A DNA stretch of 61,583 bases from Patescibacteria group bacterium UBA2196 (GCA_002328025.1 DCVE01000010.1:1-61583); one strand, 5' to 3'. Counted from the stretch's first letter, positions 29,072-40,383 are shown. The notes: generated by a model not told the origin, from the sequence alone. Numbers and translations: made by a program.

Positions 29072-29524
29072 TTATTTTTCAACCGTAACATCTTCTTTTA
29101 TTTCACCACTCGCTTGCATATCTTTATAAATAGCGCCCAAGACTCCGTTCACAAAACGTCCCGAAGACTCACCACCAAAAGTTTTAGCTGTTTCAATGGC
29201 TTCATTAATCACCACTTTGGGTGGTGTTAAGGCTCCGTTAAATTTCAATTCAAAAATTCCTAATCGCAAAACATTACGATCAATCACGGTTATCCTATCC
29301 AGCGGCCAGCCAGGCGCATATTTAACTATTATCTCGTCAATGACAGTCAAATTTTTCGTCACCCCCTTGACCAAAGTTTCAATAAAATCAACTTCTTCCA
29401 AACCATGTGCTTGTTCACGTAGATTATAACTCAAGACATTCGCTAGTTTTTGCGAACGATGATTAAAATCCCACTCATAAAGTGTCTGCATGGCGATGGT
29501 TCTGGAAAGATGACGATTGGGCAT
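29072..29524 (-). CDS. nusB: transcription antitermination factor NusB
   Basis: R...R..A.Q.LY, ID.IL..GI.EL.., NGVL motif. Confidence 0.85.
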   Translation of the reverse strand: MPNRHLSRTIAMQTLYEWDFNHRSQKLANVLSYNLREQAHGLEEVDFIETLVKGVTKNLTVIDEIIVKYAPGWPLDRITVIDRNVLRLGIFELKFNGALTPPKVVINEAIETAKTFGGESSGRFVNGVLGAIYKDMQASGEIKEDVTVEK

Positions 29525-29529
29525 TTTTT

Positions 29530-29763
29530 TTATTTTTCTTTTTTCTCTTTTTCTTCTTTTTTACGCAACTTTTTTTCTTTTTTAGTTAACTTAATTTTTA
29601 AAACCTGCCGACCGCGATAGGTTCCACAAAAGGCACAAGCTGTATGTGGACGAACCATTTTTTTACATTGCGGACAAGTGCTTAAAGCCGGTGTTTTCAT
29701 TTTAATCGCCGCGCGTCGAATACGTTTAACTGTTTTTGAATGTCGTTTGCTGGGTAATGCCAT
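29530..29763 (-). CDS. rpmF: 50S ribosomal protein L32 with Lys-rich C-terminal tail
   Basis: [16 protein letters not shown]...RPH..C..CG.Y.G. Confidence 0.85.
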   Translation of the reverse strand: MALPSKRHSKTVKRIRRAAIKMKTPALSTCPQCKKMVRPHTACAFCGTYRGRQVLKIKLTKKEKKLRKKEEKEKKEK

Positions 29764-29872
29764 AGTATTTTTTATTTAAATTTTATATTTATACTCTAAC
29801 AAAAAATAAAAGCTTTGGCAAGTTTTTATAAAAAATAAAAACAGCCTTTAACTTAAAAGCTGTCCTATAAAA

Positions 29873-31762
29873 TTAATTAGCGCTTCCAATTGGCACAATA
29901 CTTTCCTCTGTACTGGTCGCTATTTTATTAGGGTCAATTCCAACTAAACAGACTGCCTGCCAAGGTCTATATTTTGAGTGCCAAACTTCTTCTTTAATTA
30001 CACCGTCAGCAAAAGTAATTATTCTCTTTAAATCAGTTTCGGCGCCATTGTGGGCTTTTTCGGTACACTTAGTTTCACCGGGTTTAATGTCTGTGGTTTC
30101 TATATACTGCGTTGGTCCAGGAGAAGTAATATTATATATTGTTGGTTTTTGTACTTCAACACTACGTCCGTCTTTTTGTCCCCAAAACTCAAAAACAACT
30201 TCATTTTTCTCAATCCGCGTTTGCAGCAACAAGTTGGTAGCATAATTATTTTTCAATTTTAAATCCGGTTGTGGTAAATATATAGTCGCATCACTGCCAG
30301 CTGGCTCATAATAGGACACGCGATAAGCATGACTTTTACGTTCCAAAACCTCTAAACCACCATTTAATCCCAATCTAAACATGGTCGTCGCCACTTGGCA
30401 CAATCCACCACCGTATTCGGGTATGGTTTTATTACCTTTAATCACCAACTCAGGTAAATAACCGGTTTGGGCATTAATCTCTCCCAAAGCTTTAACCAAA
30501 GAAAATTCTCCCCCAGGTAAAATAATTAAACCGTTTAAAGCCTGGATACCTATTTTTATGTTATGAATTCTATTGGACGGCGAACCAGAAAAATTTGAAC
30601 GCCCCTCAGCCACCAATTCTTTTATACCCATGTCATTCAACTCGCCAATGTTGGTTTCTGTTGGTTCATCTTTGGTATAAACCAAGGCTTCGTCGTAACC
30701 CAAATTAATTAAATTGTTTTCAAACTCTTTTTTTGTCTTTTCAACATCCACTGCAACACCAATTTGAGGAGCCTGAAACTCAACCACTCGTCCATTTTCC
30801 ATTTTAAAACGCGCTTCTTTGGCTGCCATTTCAACATCTTTGGTTAAAGGTTGTAAAATCTGAACAAAAACATCTTCTTTAAAATTTAACTCAACCTTTT
30901 TATCAGTTTCGTTCCAATAAAAACTTAAACCAGTTTTAATTTCATCCTTGGTAATAGTCCTTTTTTGGGGTAATGATTCGTTTTTATTATTCGTGGTGGT
31001 GGCTTTCAAAACAAAATCTCCGCGTTGTAATATTTCTCGCACTTTGGGTAATAATTTTTCTGCTTCAAATAAGGACACTTTGGGACTAAATTCTTTCTTT
31101 TTCAATTCCACGGTACCAAAATCACCCCTGCTTAATTTATATATAAAATCTGCCATTGCGCCTTCGTAGTCAATCACCTCGCCAGCCACACCATCAATAA
31201 TTTCTGGTTCACCAAAAGCGTCAAAAAATAAATGAGTTTCCTCAGCTTCCTTTAAAAACTCACTAAAATTTGCCGCTAAAATTTTTTTCAATTCTATTTC
31301 ATTAATTTTAACACCCATTGTATAGGCTTGCTCGACAAACAAACCCTTTAATTGCGCAAAAGAATTACTTAAAAAATTTTGATTACGTCCAAAACCAAAC
31401 GCGCGCGCCAGTTGATCTTTAATTTCCAAACTGTACACTTCCTGTATCAAATCTGGGTCATCTTTAGCAAAAGAAATCGGATAAATTATTGTTTCTCGTT
31501 CGTTTATTTTAAAAACAAAGCCCTGTCGCTGTAGCAGTTCAACTTTAGTGTTTAACTCTTTGGCCGCCTGTTCGTATGTCATACCCCCCACATTGACACC
31601 ACCAATCTTTATGTTAGGAAAAAAACACCCCGCGTAAAGCTGGTAAATTATAGTCACAGTCAATGCCCACACCACCACTAAAACAAAAAAAGCGGTTAGG
31701 CTAATCACTAACCAATACGGTATTTTTATTCTCTCTTTAATGGTCAACAAATTATTAAACAC
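29873..31762 (-). CDS. VanW-family protein with N-terminal TM anchor
   Basis: VanW core GGGLCQVATTMFR, ..SHAYRVSYY..G.DATI. Confidence 0.8.
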   Translation of the reverse strand: MFNNLLTIKERIKIPYWLVISLTAFFVLVVVWALTVTIIYQLYAGCFFPNIKIGGVNVGGMTYEQAAKELNTKVELLQRQGFVFKINERETIIYPISFAKDDPDLIQEVYSLEIKDQLARAFGFGRNQNFLSNSFAQLKGLFVEQAYTMGVKINEIELKKILAANFSEFLKEAEETHLFFDAFGEPEIIDGVAGEVIDYEGAMADFIYKLSRGDFGTVELKKKEFSPKVSLFEAEKLLPKVREILQRGDFVLKATTTNNKNESLPQKRTITKDEIKTGLSFYWNETDKKVELNFKEDVFVQILQPLTKDVEMAAKEARFKMENGRVVEFQAPQIGVAVDVEKTKKEFENNLINLGYDEALVYTKDEPTETNIGELNDMGIKELVAEGRSNFSGSPSNRIHNIKIGIQALNGLIILPGGEFSLVKALGEINAQTGYLPELVIKGNKTIPEYGGGLCQVATTMFRLGLNGGLEVLERKSHAYRVSYYEPAGSDATIYLPQPDLKLKNNYATNLLLQTRIEKNEVVFEFWGQKDGRSVEVQKPTIYNITSPGPTQYIETTDIKPGETKCTEKAHNGAETDLKRIITFADGVIKEEVWHSKYRPWQAVCLVGIDPNKIATSTEESIVPIGSAN

Positions 31763-31982
31763 TGTTTTTTAAAATTTCATTAAGTAAATCTTTAGCTGTC
31801 TGTTGTCGTTCCAACTCTTCATCACCATCTAAAGAAAGGGTGAACCTTAACACCGCGCCCTCCCGCAACCCATCAGGTAAATTTTTTATTGGCCAATTGA
31901 GCATCTGCCCATCATCAAAAGCCAAAACAGCCCAAGTTCCTTCAAAGCGATCAATCACGGCTTTAATATTTTTTTTTGACAT
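31755..31982 (-). CDS. DUF3006-like small protein
   Basis: IDRFEGTWAVL..DG......LP.GLREGAVL pattern. Confidence 0.5.
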   Translation of the reverse strand: MSKKNIKAVIDRFEGTWAVLAFDDGQMLNWPIKNLPDGLREGAVLRFTLSLDGDEELERQQTAKDLLNEILKNSV

Positions 31983-31988
31983 ATAAAT

Positions 31989-32471
31989 TTATTCCCCCTT
32001 AACCTTAATTGCTACGGCCTGTGCTTTTCTGTTTTTAGGTAGTGTTAATGTCAAGACTCCATTTTTCAAAATTGCTTCAGCTTCCTCTGCTCTGACTTCC
32101 GTGGGCAAAATAATAGAACGCGAAAAATCACCCCAGTAACATTCCTGATAAAAATAATCTTCTCGGTTAATTGTTTCATCAAGGTGTCGCGACCCCCGAA
32201 TAGTTACGTCTTCATTATTCACTGCAATATCCAAATCTTCTGGTTTTACTCCAGCAATGGTGGCCTTAATAATTATCTTGTCTTCATTTTGGTAAACATC
32301 AACCGCCAGCTGCCCTTCATCCAAACCAGTCTCTTCCGCTATTAAGTTGGTAACTTCGTCCAAAGCACTGCCCAAATTGTTATCAGGCGCCAACGCATTG
32401 TTTGCGATGTAGTTATAATTTTGGTTTAAATTTTCATCTTCGTCTTTTTTTACTCTGGTAAAAAGAGCCAT
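31989..32471 (-). CDS. Hsp20/alpha-crystallin small heat-shock protein
   Basis: LAVDVYQ..D.III.A.IAGVKPEDLDI......VTIRG, GVLTLTLPK. Confidence 0.85.
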   Translation of the reverse strand: MALFTRVKKDEDENLNQNYNYIANNALAPDNNLGSALDEVTNLIAEETGLDEGQLAVDVYQNEDKIIIKATIAGVKPEDLDIAVNNEDVTIRGSRHLDETINREDYFYQECYWGDFSRSIILPTEVRAEEAEAILKNGVLTLTLPKNRKAQAVAIKVKGE

Positions 32472-32605
32472 ATATTTTTTGTTTTTAAAAAGATTTTCTA
32501 TCTTTTTAAAATTATTTTTCTTGACTCTATTATATATTTTTTTAGTCTACAAAGCAAATCATCTCTTATATTTGCTATTCAAAAAAATTATGTTATTATC
32601 CTTCT

Positions 32606-33655
32606 ATGAATATATTGGCTATAGAAACATCCTGTGATGAAACTGCGGCCGCTGTTTTACATGCATCGAACAGTTCTTTTAATTTGTTAAGCAATGTGGT
32701 TTCTTCCCAAATAAAAATTCACGCCCGCTTTGGCGGTGTTGTGCCAGAAGTAGCTGCCAGAAAACAAATTGAGATGGTCATACCAGTCATTGCCGATGTT
32801 GTTGAAAAATCGGGCCTAAATTTAACACGCGATATCAATTATATCGCCGCCACACAAGGGCCCGGACTGGTGACCGCTCTTAATATTGGTTTAGAAACGG
32901 CCAAAACCCTGGCTTTTGTAACCCAAAAACCCTTAATAGCTGTCAATCATTTGGCCGGTCACACATTGGCCAGTCTTCTTTTACCTGATATGAACCCAAA
33001 AAAAATTTCCTTTCCCGCCCTAGCGCTTGTAGTTAGTGGCGGACACACTCTTCTAATTTTAATGAAAAACTTCCACAACTGGAAAATAATTGGCGATACC
33101 CTAGATGATGCGGTTGGTGAAGCTTATGACAAAACTGCTCAAATCCTAAACCTAGGCTATCCTGGCGGACCTGTTATTGATAAATTAGCCCTAATCGGCG
33201 ATAGCTCTATATTTAAACTACCGCGCCCCCTATTAAATAATCAAAATTTTAATTTCTCTTTTTCTGGTTTAAAGACAGCCGTCCTTTACCTAATCAACGA
33301 TTTAACTGCAGCCTCGCCCACAAAAAAACTAAGTACACAAACGATTAACAACATCTGTGCTGCTTTCCAAGCCGCCTGCGTTGAAGTCTTGGTTACCAAA
33401 ACACTGCGCGCCATAAAAAAATACACACCCCAAACGTTTTTATTGGGCGGTGGAGTGTCAGCCAACCAAGCCCTTCGGTCGACTTTGCAAGAAAAAATTA
33501 GACTTACCGCGCCAAAAACTAAAATTTTTTTGCCCGCAATCAAATTCACCGGTGACAATGCCGCCATGATTGCAGTAGCTGCGTATTTCAAAATCTTAAA
33601 AAAACAATTTGCCGATATTAAAAAAATAACCACTAACCCGCATCTAGCACTATAA
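32606..33655 (+). CDS. tsaD: tRNA N6-adenosine threonylcarbamoyltransferase TsaD
   Basis: ILAIETSCDETAAAV, GPGL, NHL.GH, LVVSGGHT. Confidence 0.9.
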   Translation: MNILAIETSCDETAAAVLHASNSSFNLLSNVVSSQIKIHARFGGVVPEVAARKQIEMVIPVIADVVEKSGLNLTRDINYIAATQGPGLVTALNIGLETAKTLAFVTQKPLIAVNHLAGHTLASLLLPDMNPKKISFPALALVVSGGHTLLILMKNFHNWKIIGDTLDDAVGEAYDKTAQILNLGYPGGPVIDKLALIGDSSIFKLPRPLLNNQNFNFSFSGLKTAVLYLINDLTAASPTKKLSTQTINNICAAFQAACVEVLVTKTLRAIKKYTPQTFLLGGGVSANQALRSTLQEKIRLTAPKTKIFLPAIKFTGDNAAMIAVAAYFKILKKQFADIKKITTNPHLAL

Positions 33656-33663
33656 TCACCCAT

Positions 33664-34110
33664 ATGCAAAGAATATACATATCCTCTTCTGAAAAAGAAA
33701 CTAAAAAAATTGCCAAAAAAATCATGGCTGGTTTTACTGGTAGCGCGGTTTTGGGTTTAGTGGGTAATTTGGGTAGTGGTAAAACACAGTTTACCAAAGG
33801 CGTGGGTGAATATTTTAAAATTAAAAAACCAATCAATTCTCCAACTTTTGTTTTAATTAAATTATATACCATTCCTCAGCCAGCCATTATAAAAACCCTA
33901 GTTCACATTGATTGTTACCGCTTACGAAATTCACATGAACTTCTAGAACTAGGATTTTTAGAAATTTTAAATAATAAAAATAATTTGGTCATAATTGAAT
34001 GGGCGGACAAAATAAAAAATATTTTACCACCCCAAACCACGCTTATTAAATTTGAGTATGACCAATTACCTACCAGGCGAAAAATGACCATACAAAAACC
34101 CCATAATTAA
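33664..34110 (+). CDS. tsaE: tRNA threonylcarbamoyladenosine biosynthesis protein TsaE
   Basis: P-loop GNLGSGKTQFTKG, SPTF, H.D.YRL. Confidence 0.8.
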   Translation: MQRIYISSSEKETKKIAKKIMAGFTGSAVLGLVGNLGSGKTQFTKGVGEYFKIKKPINSPTFVLIKLYTIPQPAIIKTLVHIDCYRLRNSHELLELGFLEILNNKNNLVIIEWADKIKNILPPQTTLIKFEYDQLPTRRKMTIQKPHN

Positions 34111-34148
34111 TGTATGGGGGATTTTTAAATTTCTACACACCCTTTAAA

Positions 34149-34523
34149 CTAAACGTATTTAAACTGTTTTATCTTAGCCTGCCGAGTGTTAAAATCAAGC
34201 TCCACTGCCAAAATATCAAAACGGTAATTCTGTTGCCAACCAAAACCCTTAAATTTTAAATATTTTTCTGCTGCATTTTCCAAACAAGTTTTTTTCCTAA
34301 AATTAACCGCTTGTTCTGGTCGACCGTAAAACTTACTGCTTCTGGTTTTAACTTCCACAAAGACAATCTCTTGTGTTTTTTTATCCCATACAATTATATC
34401 GATTTCACCGTGTCGCCCACGATAATTATGTTCCAAGATTCTATATTGATTTTTTTGTAAAAATTTTTCAGCCATTTTCTCGCCTAAATTACCCAACTCT
34501 TTTTTATAACCAGAATTATACAT
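34149..34523 (-). CDS. YraN-family (UPF0102) endonuclease
   Basis: G...E..A..FL...Y.IL..N.R...GEIDII......VFVEVKTR. Confidence 0.8.
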   Translation of the reverse strand: MYNSGYKKELGNLGEKMAEKFLQKNQYRILEHNYRGRHGEIDIIVWDKKTQEIVFVEVKTRSSKFYGRPEQAVNFRKKTCLENAAEKYLKFKGFGWQQNYRFDILAVELDFNTRQAKIKQFKYV

Positions 34524-34625
34524 TATTTTAAATTTATTGTCTCTATTTTACCAAGCTCGCACCTATTTTCAAAATCGCTGATGTTTCGCACGCGTGGAGT
34601 GCAAGGTTCGCGCAAAGTATATAAT

Positions 34626-34712
34626 TGGTGCCGGGGAGAGGACTTGAACCTCCACGCTGATTAAAGCACAAGGTCCTAAACCTTGCGTGTCTACCAATTT
34701 CACCACCCCGGC
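34626..34712 (-). tRNA. tRNA-Leu(TAG), CCA encoded
   Basis: Long variable arm; anticodon loop TTTAGGA; ends ..CCCCGGCACCA. Confidence 0.9.
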
Positions 34713-34816
34713 ATTTTCTATACTCATGCTCTTTAAATTCTAGCACTTTTTTAAAAATTGTCTAAAAAACCCCAAAATGCTACCATAAAAATAGTTGATC
34801 CTTAATCTGGAAATAT

Positions 34817-35560
34817 ATGTCAGGACATTCAAAGTGGGCCACCACCAAACATAAAAAAAATGCCATTGATCAAAAACGTGGTATTTTATTCACCAAACTG
34901 GCCAATAATATTACTGTGACAGCCAGAAGCGGTGGTGATATAAATATGAATTTTAATTTAAGATTAGCGGTTGAGCGCGCCAAACAGGCTAGTGTACCCA
35001 AAGAAAATATTGATCGTGCTATTCAACGTGGTACTGGCGCTGGTGAGGGTACACACTTAGAAGAAGTTACTTATGAAGGCCTACTTTCCCTTCCGTCACC
35101 AACTGGTTCCACACAAGTAGCTATAATTTTAGAATGTCTAACCGACAATACCAACCGAACAGTCAATGAATTAAAACACCTTTTTAATGACTGTGGTGGT
35201 TCTCTGGCTGGACCCGGCGCAGTAGCTTGGATGTTTGAAAAAAAAGCCGTTATTGTAATAAATAAACAAGAAATATTAAATAATGATCTAGAAACCCTTG
35301 AGCTGCGCTTAATTGATTTGGGCGCCAGTGATTTAGAAAGTAAAGAAGAAGAGATTTTAATTTATTCACCCATTGAAAGCCTAAAATCACTTAGAGAAAC
35401 CCTGGAAAAAGATGGTATTAAAATTAAATCTGCTGCTCTTGAGTGTGTGGCTAAAGAAAAAATAGATCTTTTAGAAGAGCATGGTATTAAAGTACAAAAC
35501 TTATTTAGTCTCTTAGATGAAAGTCAAGATATTATAAATTATTATACTAATCTAAAATAA
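34817..35560 (+). CDS. YebC/PmpR-family transcriptional regulator
   Basis: MSGHSKWATTKHKK..D.KRG. Confidence 0.9.
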   Translation: MSGHSKWATTKHKKNAIDQKRGILFTKLANNITVTARSGGDINMNFNLRLAVERAKQASVPKENIDRAIQRGTGAGEGTHLEEVTYEGLLSLPSPTGSTQVAIILECLTDNTNRTVNELKHLFNDCGGSLAGPGAVAWMFEKKAVIVINKQEILNNDLETLELRLIDLGASDLESKEEEILIYSPIESLKSLRETLEKDGIKIKSAALECVAKEKIDLLEEHGIKVQNLFSLLDESQDIINYYTNLK

Positions 35561-35561
35561 G

Positions 35562-36044
35562 ATGCCCAAAAATCAACTCATCATACTAGCTATTGATCCC
35601 GGCTACGCCATTACTGGTTGGGCAGTCATTGAAAAAAAACAATCTCAACTTAGTCTATTAAGTTATGGTGCCATCACAACCAATAAAAACACACCACACG
35701 CTGAGCGTTTGAAAACACTAAGTTTAAAATTAAGAAAAATTATTAAAGAATTTAAACCAGACACCCTAGCTATTGAAGAGCTTTTCTTTTTTAAAAATTT
35801 AAAAACCGCCCTCAAAGTTGCTGAAGCACGCGGGGTCATCCTTTTAAATGGCGCGGAACAAAATTTAGATATTAAAGAATACACCCCCCTAGAAATTAAA
35901 CAAGCCTTAGTTGGTTATGGCCGTGCAGAAAAAAAACAAATTCAACGCATGGTAAAAACAATCTTTCAACTCAAAGCCGTCCCCAAACCTGATGACGCGG
36001 CCGATGCAATGGCTATTGGTATCACCTGCGCACATAGTTTATAA
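35562..36044 (+). CDS. ruvC: crossover junction endodeoxyribonuclease RuvC
   Basis: ILAIDPGYAITGWAV, EE.FF..N...A, PDDAADA.AI. Confidence 0.9.
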   Translation: MPKNQLIILAIDPGYAITGWAVIEKKQSQLSLLSYGAITTNKNTPHAERLKTLSLKLRKIIKEFKPDTLAIEELFFFKNLKTALKVAEARGVILLNGAEQNLDIKEYTPLEIKQALVGYGRAEKKQIQRMVKTIFQLKAVPKPDDAADAMAIGITCAHSL

Positions 36045-36108
36045 ATTTAAAAAATATCACCTTTTTTGGTATAATATACTCGTTATCTTATCTCTAAACT
36101 ATAAAAAT

Positions 36109-36948
36109 ATGTCTAAATATCAAATTGCTCTAGATGTTGGTGCTACCAAAATTTTAGGCGGATTAATCGTTGATAATAAAATTATCAAAAAGACTAAAAG
36201 AAATACTCTGGCTAAAAACAAGAAAGAAAGGATTATAGCGAACATAAAAAACACCATTCATGAATTATGGCTTCCTGGCGTTAAGGAAATCGGCATTGGA
36301 CTGGCTGGACAAATTGATTTTCACACGGGCGAAATTATTTCCACCACGAATTTTAATCATAAATTTACACACATCAACTTAAAAGAAATTTTGCAGCATG
36401 AATTTAAAATTCCTGTTTTGGTTGATAATGATGTTAAGTGTCTGGGTTTGGCTGAAAATAATTATGGTATTGGTAAAAATTATAAAAATTTTATTGCCCT
36501 CACTGTTGGTACAGGTATTGGTGGTGCTCTAATATTTAACCACGAACTTTATCGTGGTCAAGATAATCTAGCTGGCGAATTTGGACATATGTGTATTTGT
36601 GGTAAATGGATCGGTCCAGCACCACTGTGTGGTTGTGGTAAAAAATATTGTTGGGAAACTTTGGCTTCTGGCCGCGCTTGGCAAAAAATAGCTAAAAAAC
36701 ACAGCTCTTCTATGGCTGATAAAATTATTATTCCCAATTTAGTTATCGGCCTTTATAATTTAGCTTCAATTTTTAATCCCCAATCTTTTATACTTGGGGG
36801 TGGGCTCCTAGACCACCCCAAAATGCTAGAAAATATAAAAAAAGAATTTTATTTACACACACACACTGGTGTCTATAGAAAAATAAAATTTCATAAGCCA
36901 GCTTTAAGTGATAACGCTATACTTTTAGGTTCTTTAATTAAAAAATAA
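36109..36948 (+). CDS. ROK-family sugar kinase (glucokinase-like)
   Basis: ALDVGATK, GTGIGGA, GEFGH...C.....CGCGKKYCWE zinc motif; start at ATG 36109. Confidence 0.75.
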   Translation: MSKYQIALDVGATKILGGLIVDNKIIKKTKRNTLAKNKKERIIANIKNTIHELWLPGVKEIGIGLAGQIDFHTGEIISTTNFNHKFTHINLKEILQHEFKIPVLVDNDVKCLGLAENNYGIGKNYKNFIALTVGTGIGGALIFNHELYRGQDNLAGEFGHMCICGKWIGPAPLCGCGKKYCWETLASGRAWQKIAKKHSSSMADKIIIPNLVIGLYNLASIFNPQSFILGGGLLDHPKMLENIKKEFYLHTHTGVYRKIKFHKPALSDNAILLGSLIKK

Positions 36949-36952
36949 AAAT

Positions 36953-39226
36953 ATGCTTTATCGCTCACCCAACCCCAATCGCTCATGGGAAAAAAACATC
37001 GCCGCACGCCGCAAGGAAATACTTAAAACTTATCAAAAAAAGACGGCCCTAACTGATTCTAAAAACGAAAATTTTACAAAAAAAATAATAAAAAAATTTT
37101 TAAAAATTTTTATTATTTTAATAATTCTAATTATTATCTCATTTGTTGGTGTTATTTTATGGTATTCACGTGATTTACCCATGTCCACTAATTTATTAGA
37201 TCGCAAAGAAACTGTTAGCGCAAAAATTTATGATCGAACTGGTCAAAACTTACTTTATGATTTTGGTGGCGGTGAGGTGATGCGCACTAAAATTTCTTTA
37301 AACACCCTACCAGATTATATCAAATGGTCCACCATAGTAGCTGAGGATCGCGCTTTTTATTCTCACCATGGTCTAAACTTTAAGGGTTTAACTCGAGCTC
37401 TTTTTTTATTAATTATTCGGGGTGGAGAAAAAACACAGGGTGGTTCGTCAATCACACAGCAATTTGTAAAAAACGCACTCTTAACACAGGAAAAAACCTA
37501 TTCAAGAAAAATTAAGGAAGTTATCTTAGCTTGGCAAATGGAACGTCGTTTCTCTAAGGATCAAATTTTGGAGATGTATTTTAATGAAATACCTTATGGT
37601 GGAGTCACTTATGGTATTGAAGCAGCAGCTAAAAAATATTTTGGTAAAAATGCCAAAGATCTAAGCCTAGCTGAAGGTGCTGTTTTAGCAGCTCTACCCC
37701 AAGCACCATCTCTACTTTCGCCTTATGGTCCAAATAAAAACGATCTAATGGCGCGTAAAGATTGGATTTTAGACTCATTAGTTAGCGAGGGTTATATCAC
37801 ACAAGAAAAAGCCGATGCATCAAAAAAAGAAGATTTTGATTTTTCTAAGATTTCTAATGCTATTATTGCGCCACATTTTGTTTTTTATGTAAAAGATTTA
37901 TTAACCAAAAAATATAATGAAAAAACCCTTCTCGAGGATGGTTTAAAAATAATCACCACACTTAATTTAACTCAACAAAAAATTGCCGAAACAATAATTG
38001 CTAAAATGGCACCCAAAAACAAAGAAAAAAACAATGCCAACAACACCTCTTTGGTGGCTATTAATAACAAAACTGGTGAAATTACTACCATGGTCGGTTC
38101 ATTAAATTATTTTGATGAAAACATAGATGGTGCGGTTAATATTACCTTAAGTCCACGTCAACCAGGTTCATCTTTTAAACCCATTGTTTATAGTGCTGCC
38201 TTTCAAAAAGGTTTCTCACCTAACACAATCCTTTTTGATTTACTCACTACTTTTAAAACCTCCCCCAAAGATTTTGAACCTCGTAATTATAATGATCATT
38301 ATTTTGGTCCTGTCACTCTTAGAAAAGCCCTGGCTGGCTCTTTAAACATACCAGCTGTTAAACTACTTTATTTAACAGGTATTGATAATGTGCTTAATTT
38401 GTCTGAAAAAATGGGTTATACCACTTTTTCCGATCGCTCACGTTTTGGTTTATCTTTGGTTTTAGGTGGTGGTGAGGTTAAGTTACTAGAACACACACTC
38501 GCCTATGCCACACTAGCTAATGAAGGTGAATATCACGAACCCATTTCTATTTTAAAAATTGAAAATAAAAATGGCGATATTTTAGAAGAAACAGACACTA
38601 CCAAAATCAAGACTAAGAAGGTTTTAGATACTGAGATAGCCCGTCAAATAACCAGTATTTTGAGTGATAATTCCGCTCGCACTTATGTTTTTGGTGAAAA
38701 AAATTATTTAACTCTAAATGACCGCCCAGTAGCGGTTAAAACAGGCACCACCAATGATTACAAAGATGCTTGGGCTATGGGTTACACCCCATCTTTATCT
38801 GTTGGTGTGTGGGTAGGTAATACGCGTGGTGAAAAAATGTCAACCTCTGCTGATGGTTCAACAGTAGCTGCTCCTATTTGGCAAAATTTTCTACAAGAAG
38901 TTTTAAAAAATACACCTGTGGAAAATTTTATTCAAGCCGCCACCTCTACATTACCTAATAGAATTATGTTAAATGGACAATATATTAACACGGTGGATAT
39001 TAAAATTAATAAAATCACTGGTTTTTTAGCTGACAACACCACCCCGTTTGAACTAATTGAAGATAAAACAATAAAACAGGTTCATAATATTTTACATTAC
39101 ATTAACAAAAACAATCCTTTAGGCCCAGTTCCAGAAACACCTTGGGATGATGAAAATTATACTAATTGGGAGCTTGTTGTGGAAAAATGGGCACAAGAAA
39201 ATGGCTATGAAAATATTGTAAACTAA
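36953..39226 (+). CDS. class A penicillin-binding protein (glycosyltransferase + transpeptidase)
   Basis: GT51 motifs EDRAFYSHHG, GGSSITQQ; transpeptidase SSFKP, KTGTT; N-terminal TM. Confidence 0.85.
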   Translation: MLYRSPNPNRSWEKNIAARRKEILKTYQKKTALTDSKNENFTKKIIKKFLKIFIILIILIIISFVGVILWYSRDLPMSTNLLDRKETVSAKIYDRTGQNLLYDFGGGEVMRTKISLNTLPDYIKWSTIVAEDRAFYSHHGLNFKGLTRALFLLIIRGGEKTQGGSSITQQFVKNALLTQEKTYSRKIKEVILAWQMERRFSKDQILEMYFNEIPYGGVTYGIEAAAKKYFGKNAKDLSLAEGAVLAALPQAPSLLSPYGPNKNDLMARKDWILDSLVSEGYITQEKADASKKEDFDFSKISNAIIAPHFVFYVKDLLTKKYNEKTLLEDGLKIITTLNLTQQKIAETIIAKMAPKNKEKNNANNTSLVAINNKTGEITTMVGSLNYFDENIDGAVNITLSPRQPGSSFKPIVYSAAFQKGFSPNTILFDLLTTFKTSPKDFEPRNYNDHYFGPVTLRKALAGSLNIPAVKLLYLTGIDNVLNLSEKMGYTTFSDRSRFGLSLVLGGGEVKLLEHTLAYATLANEGEYHEPISILKIENKNGDILEETDTTKIKTKKVLDTEIARQITSILSDNSARTYVFGEKNYLTLNDRPVAVKTGTTNDYKDAWAMGYTPSLSVGVWVGNTRGEKMSTSADGSTVAAPIWQNFLQEVLKNTPVENFIQAATSTLPNRIMLNGQYINTVDIKINKITGFLADNTTPFELIEDKTIKQVHNILHYINKNNPLGPVPETPWDDENYTNWELVVEKWAQENGYENIVN

Positions 39227-39279
39227 TTAATATAGAAACAAAAAACCTACTTAAAAGTAGATTTTTTGTTTAATCTTTT

Positions 39280-40383
39280 TTACTGCCTAATTGGCATCAC
39301 TAAATACATAAAATTATCATTAGTGGTGGACTTAAAAACAATTGGATTTATGGGTGAGTTAATTAAAATTTTAGTTTTTAGAGAATTTATATTATTTAAT
39401 CCATCTAATAAAAATTTATAATTAAAAATCACAGTTTCATCACTCCCTGTGTGATTAATATTTATTTTAATAATATTCTCACCTAACTGAGAATTAATTG
39501 ATCTAACTATAACCACATTTTTTATAAATTCTAAAGTTACATCAAAAATACCACTTTTAGTAAACAAACTAGCTGCTTTAATTGCTTTAATTAATTCTGT
39601 ATTATCAATTTCAATTTCAATACCAAACTCGCGTGGTATTATTTGTTGATAGTCTGGATATTCCCCTTCAATTAAACGTGAAATTATTATAGTTTCTTCA
39701 AAATCAAACTTAATTTGATTTTCCTCAAAATCAAGAATAAAATATTCTTTTGTTGTATCATTAATAATCCGCACCAACTCTTGCGTTGATTTTAAGGGTA
39801 TAATTATTTTTTCTTCTATTTTTACCTCTTGTTCTAACTCTATTTTTTTTTCCGCTAGACGATAACTATTGGTGGCAGCTAAAATTAAACTTTTATCTTT
39901 AAACCAAAACAAAACTCCAGTTAATTCTGGTTTAGTTTCATTATAAGAGGTTGCAAACATTACACTATTTAAACTATTTTTTAAATCAATAGTTTTAATG
40001 GGGTATTTTTTTAATCCTTTTACCTCTGGAATTAAAGGATAATCTTCAGCTGGGTTGGTTTTAATTTTTGTTTGCCACCCATCACTGTTTATTATCACCT
40101 CTCCCTCTTGTGTTTCTAATGATATGTTTTTATCACCATTAATTAAACTTATATAATCTGTAATTATCTTAGCTGGTATAGTTACCTTACCACACTGCTC
40201 TATCTTACCCCTTATAATTGTTTTAACCCCCATCTCTAAATTAGTAGCCGAAAGTTCAATTACCCCGTTTTCAGCTTTAATTAAAATATTATTTAAGATT
40301 GGTAAATTAAAATTCCTCCCTGTTAAGTGAGAAACTCTTAATAAACCTAAAATTAAATTTTCCTGTTTACAAATTATTTTCAT
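39280..40383 (-). CDS. dnaN: DNA polymerase III beta sliding clamp
   Basis: 367 aa directly downstream of dnaA; three-domain clamp-sized protein ending ..MPIRQ. Confidence 0.85.
   Translation of the reverse strand: MKIICKQENLILGLLRVSHLTGRNFNLPILNNILIKAENGVIELSATNLEMGVKTIIRGKIEQCGKVTIPAKIITDYISLINGDKNISLETQEGEVIINSDGWQTKIKTNPAEDYPLIPEVKGLKKYPIKTIDLKNSLNSVMFATSYNETKPELTGVLFWFKDKSLILAATNSYRLAEKKIELEQEVKIEEKIIIPLKSTQELVRIINDTTKEYFILDFEENQIKFDFEETIIISRLIEGEYPDYQQIIPREFGIEIEIDNTELIKAIKAASLFTKSGIFDVTLEFIKNVVIVRSINSQLGENIIKININHTGSDETVIFNYKFLLDGLNNINSLKTKILINSPINPIVFKSTTNDNFMYLVMPIRQ

Noticed and set aside
34543-34746. 67-aa minus-strand ORF
   Set aside because: It is fully explained by tRNA-Leu(TAG) and its flanks.
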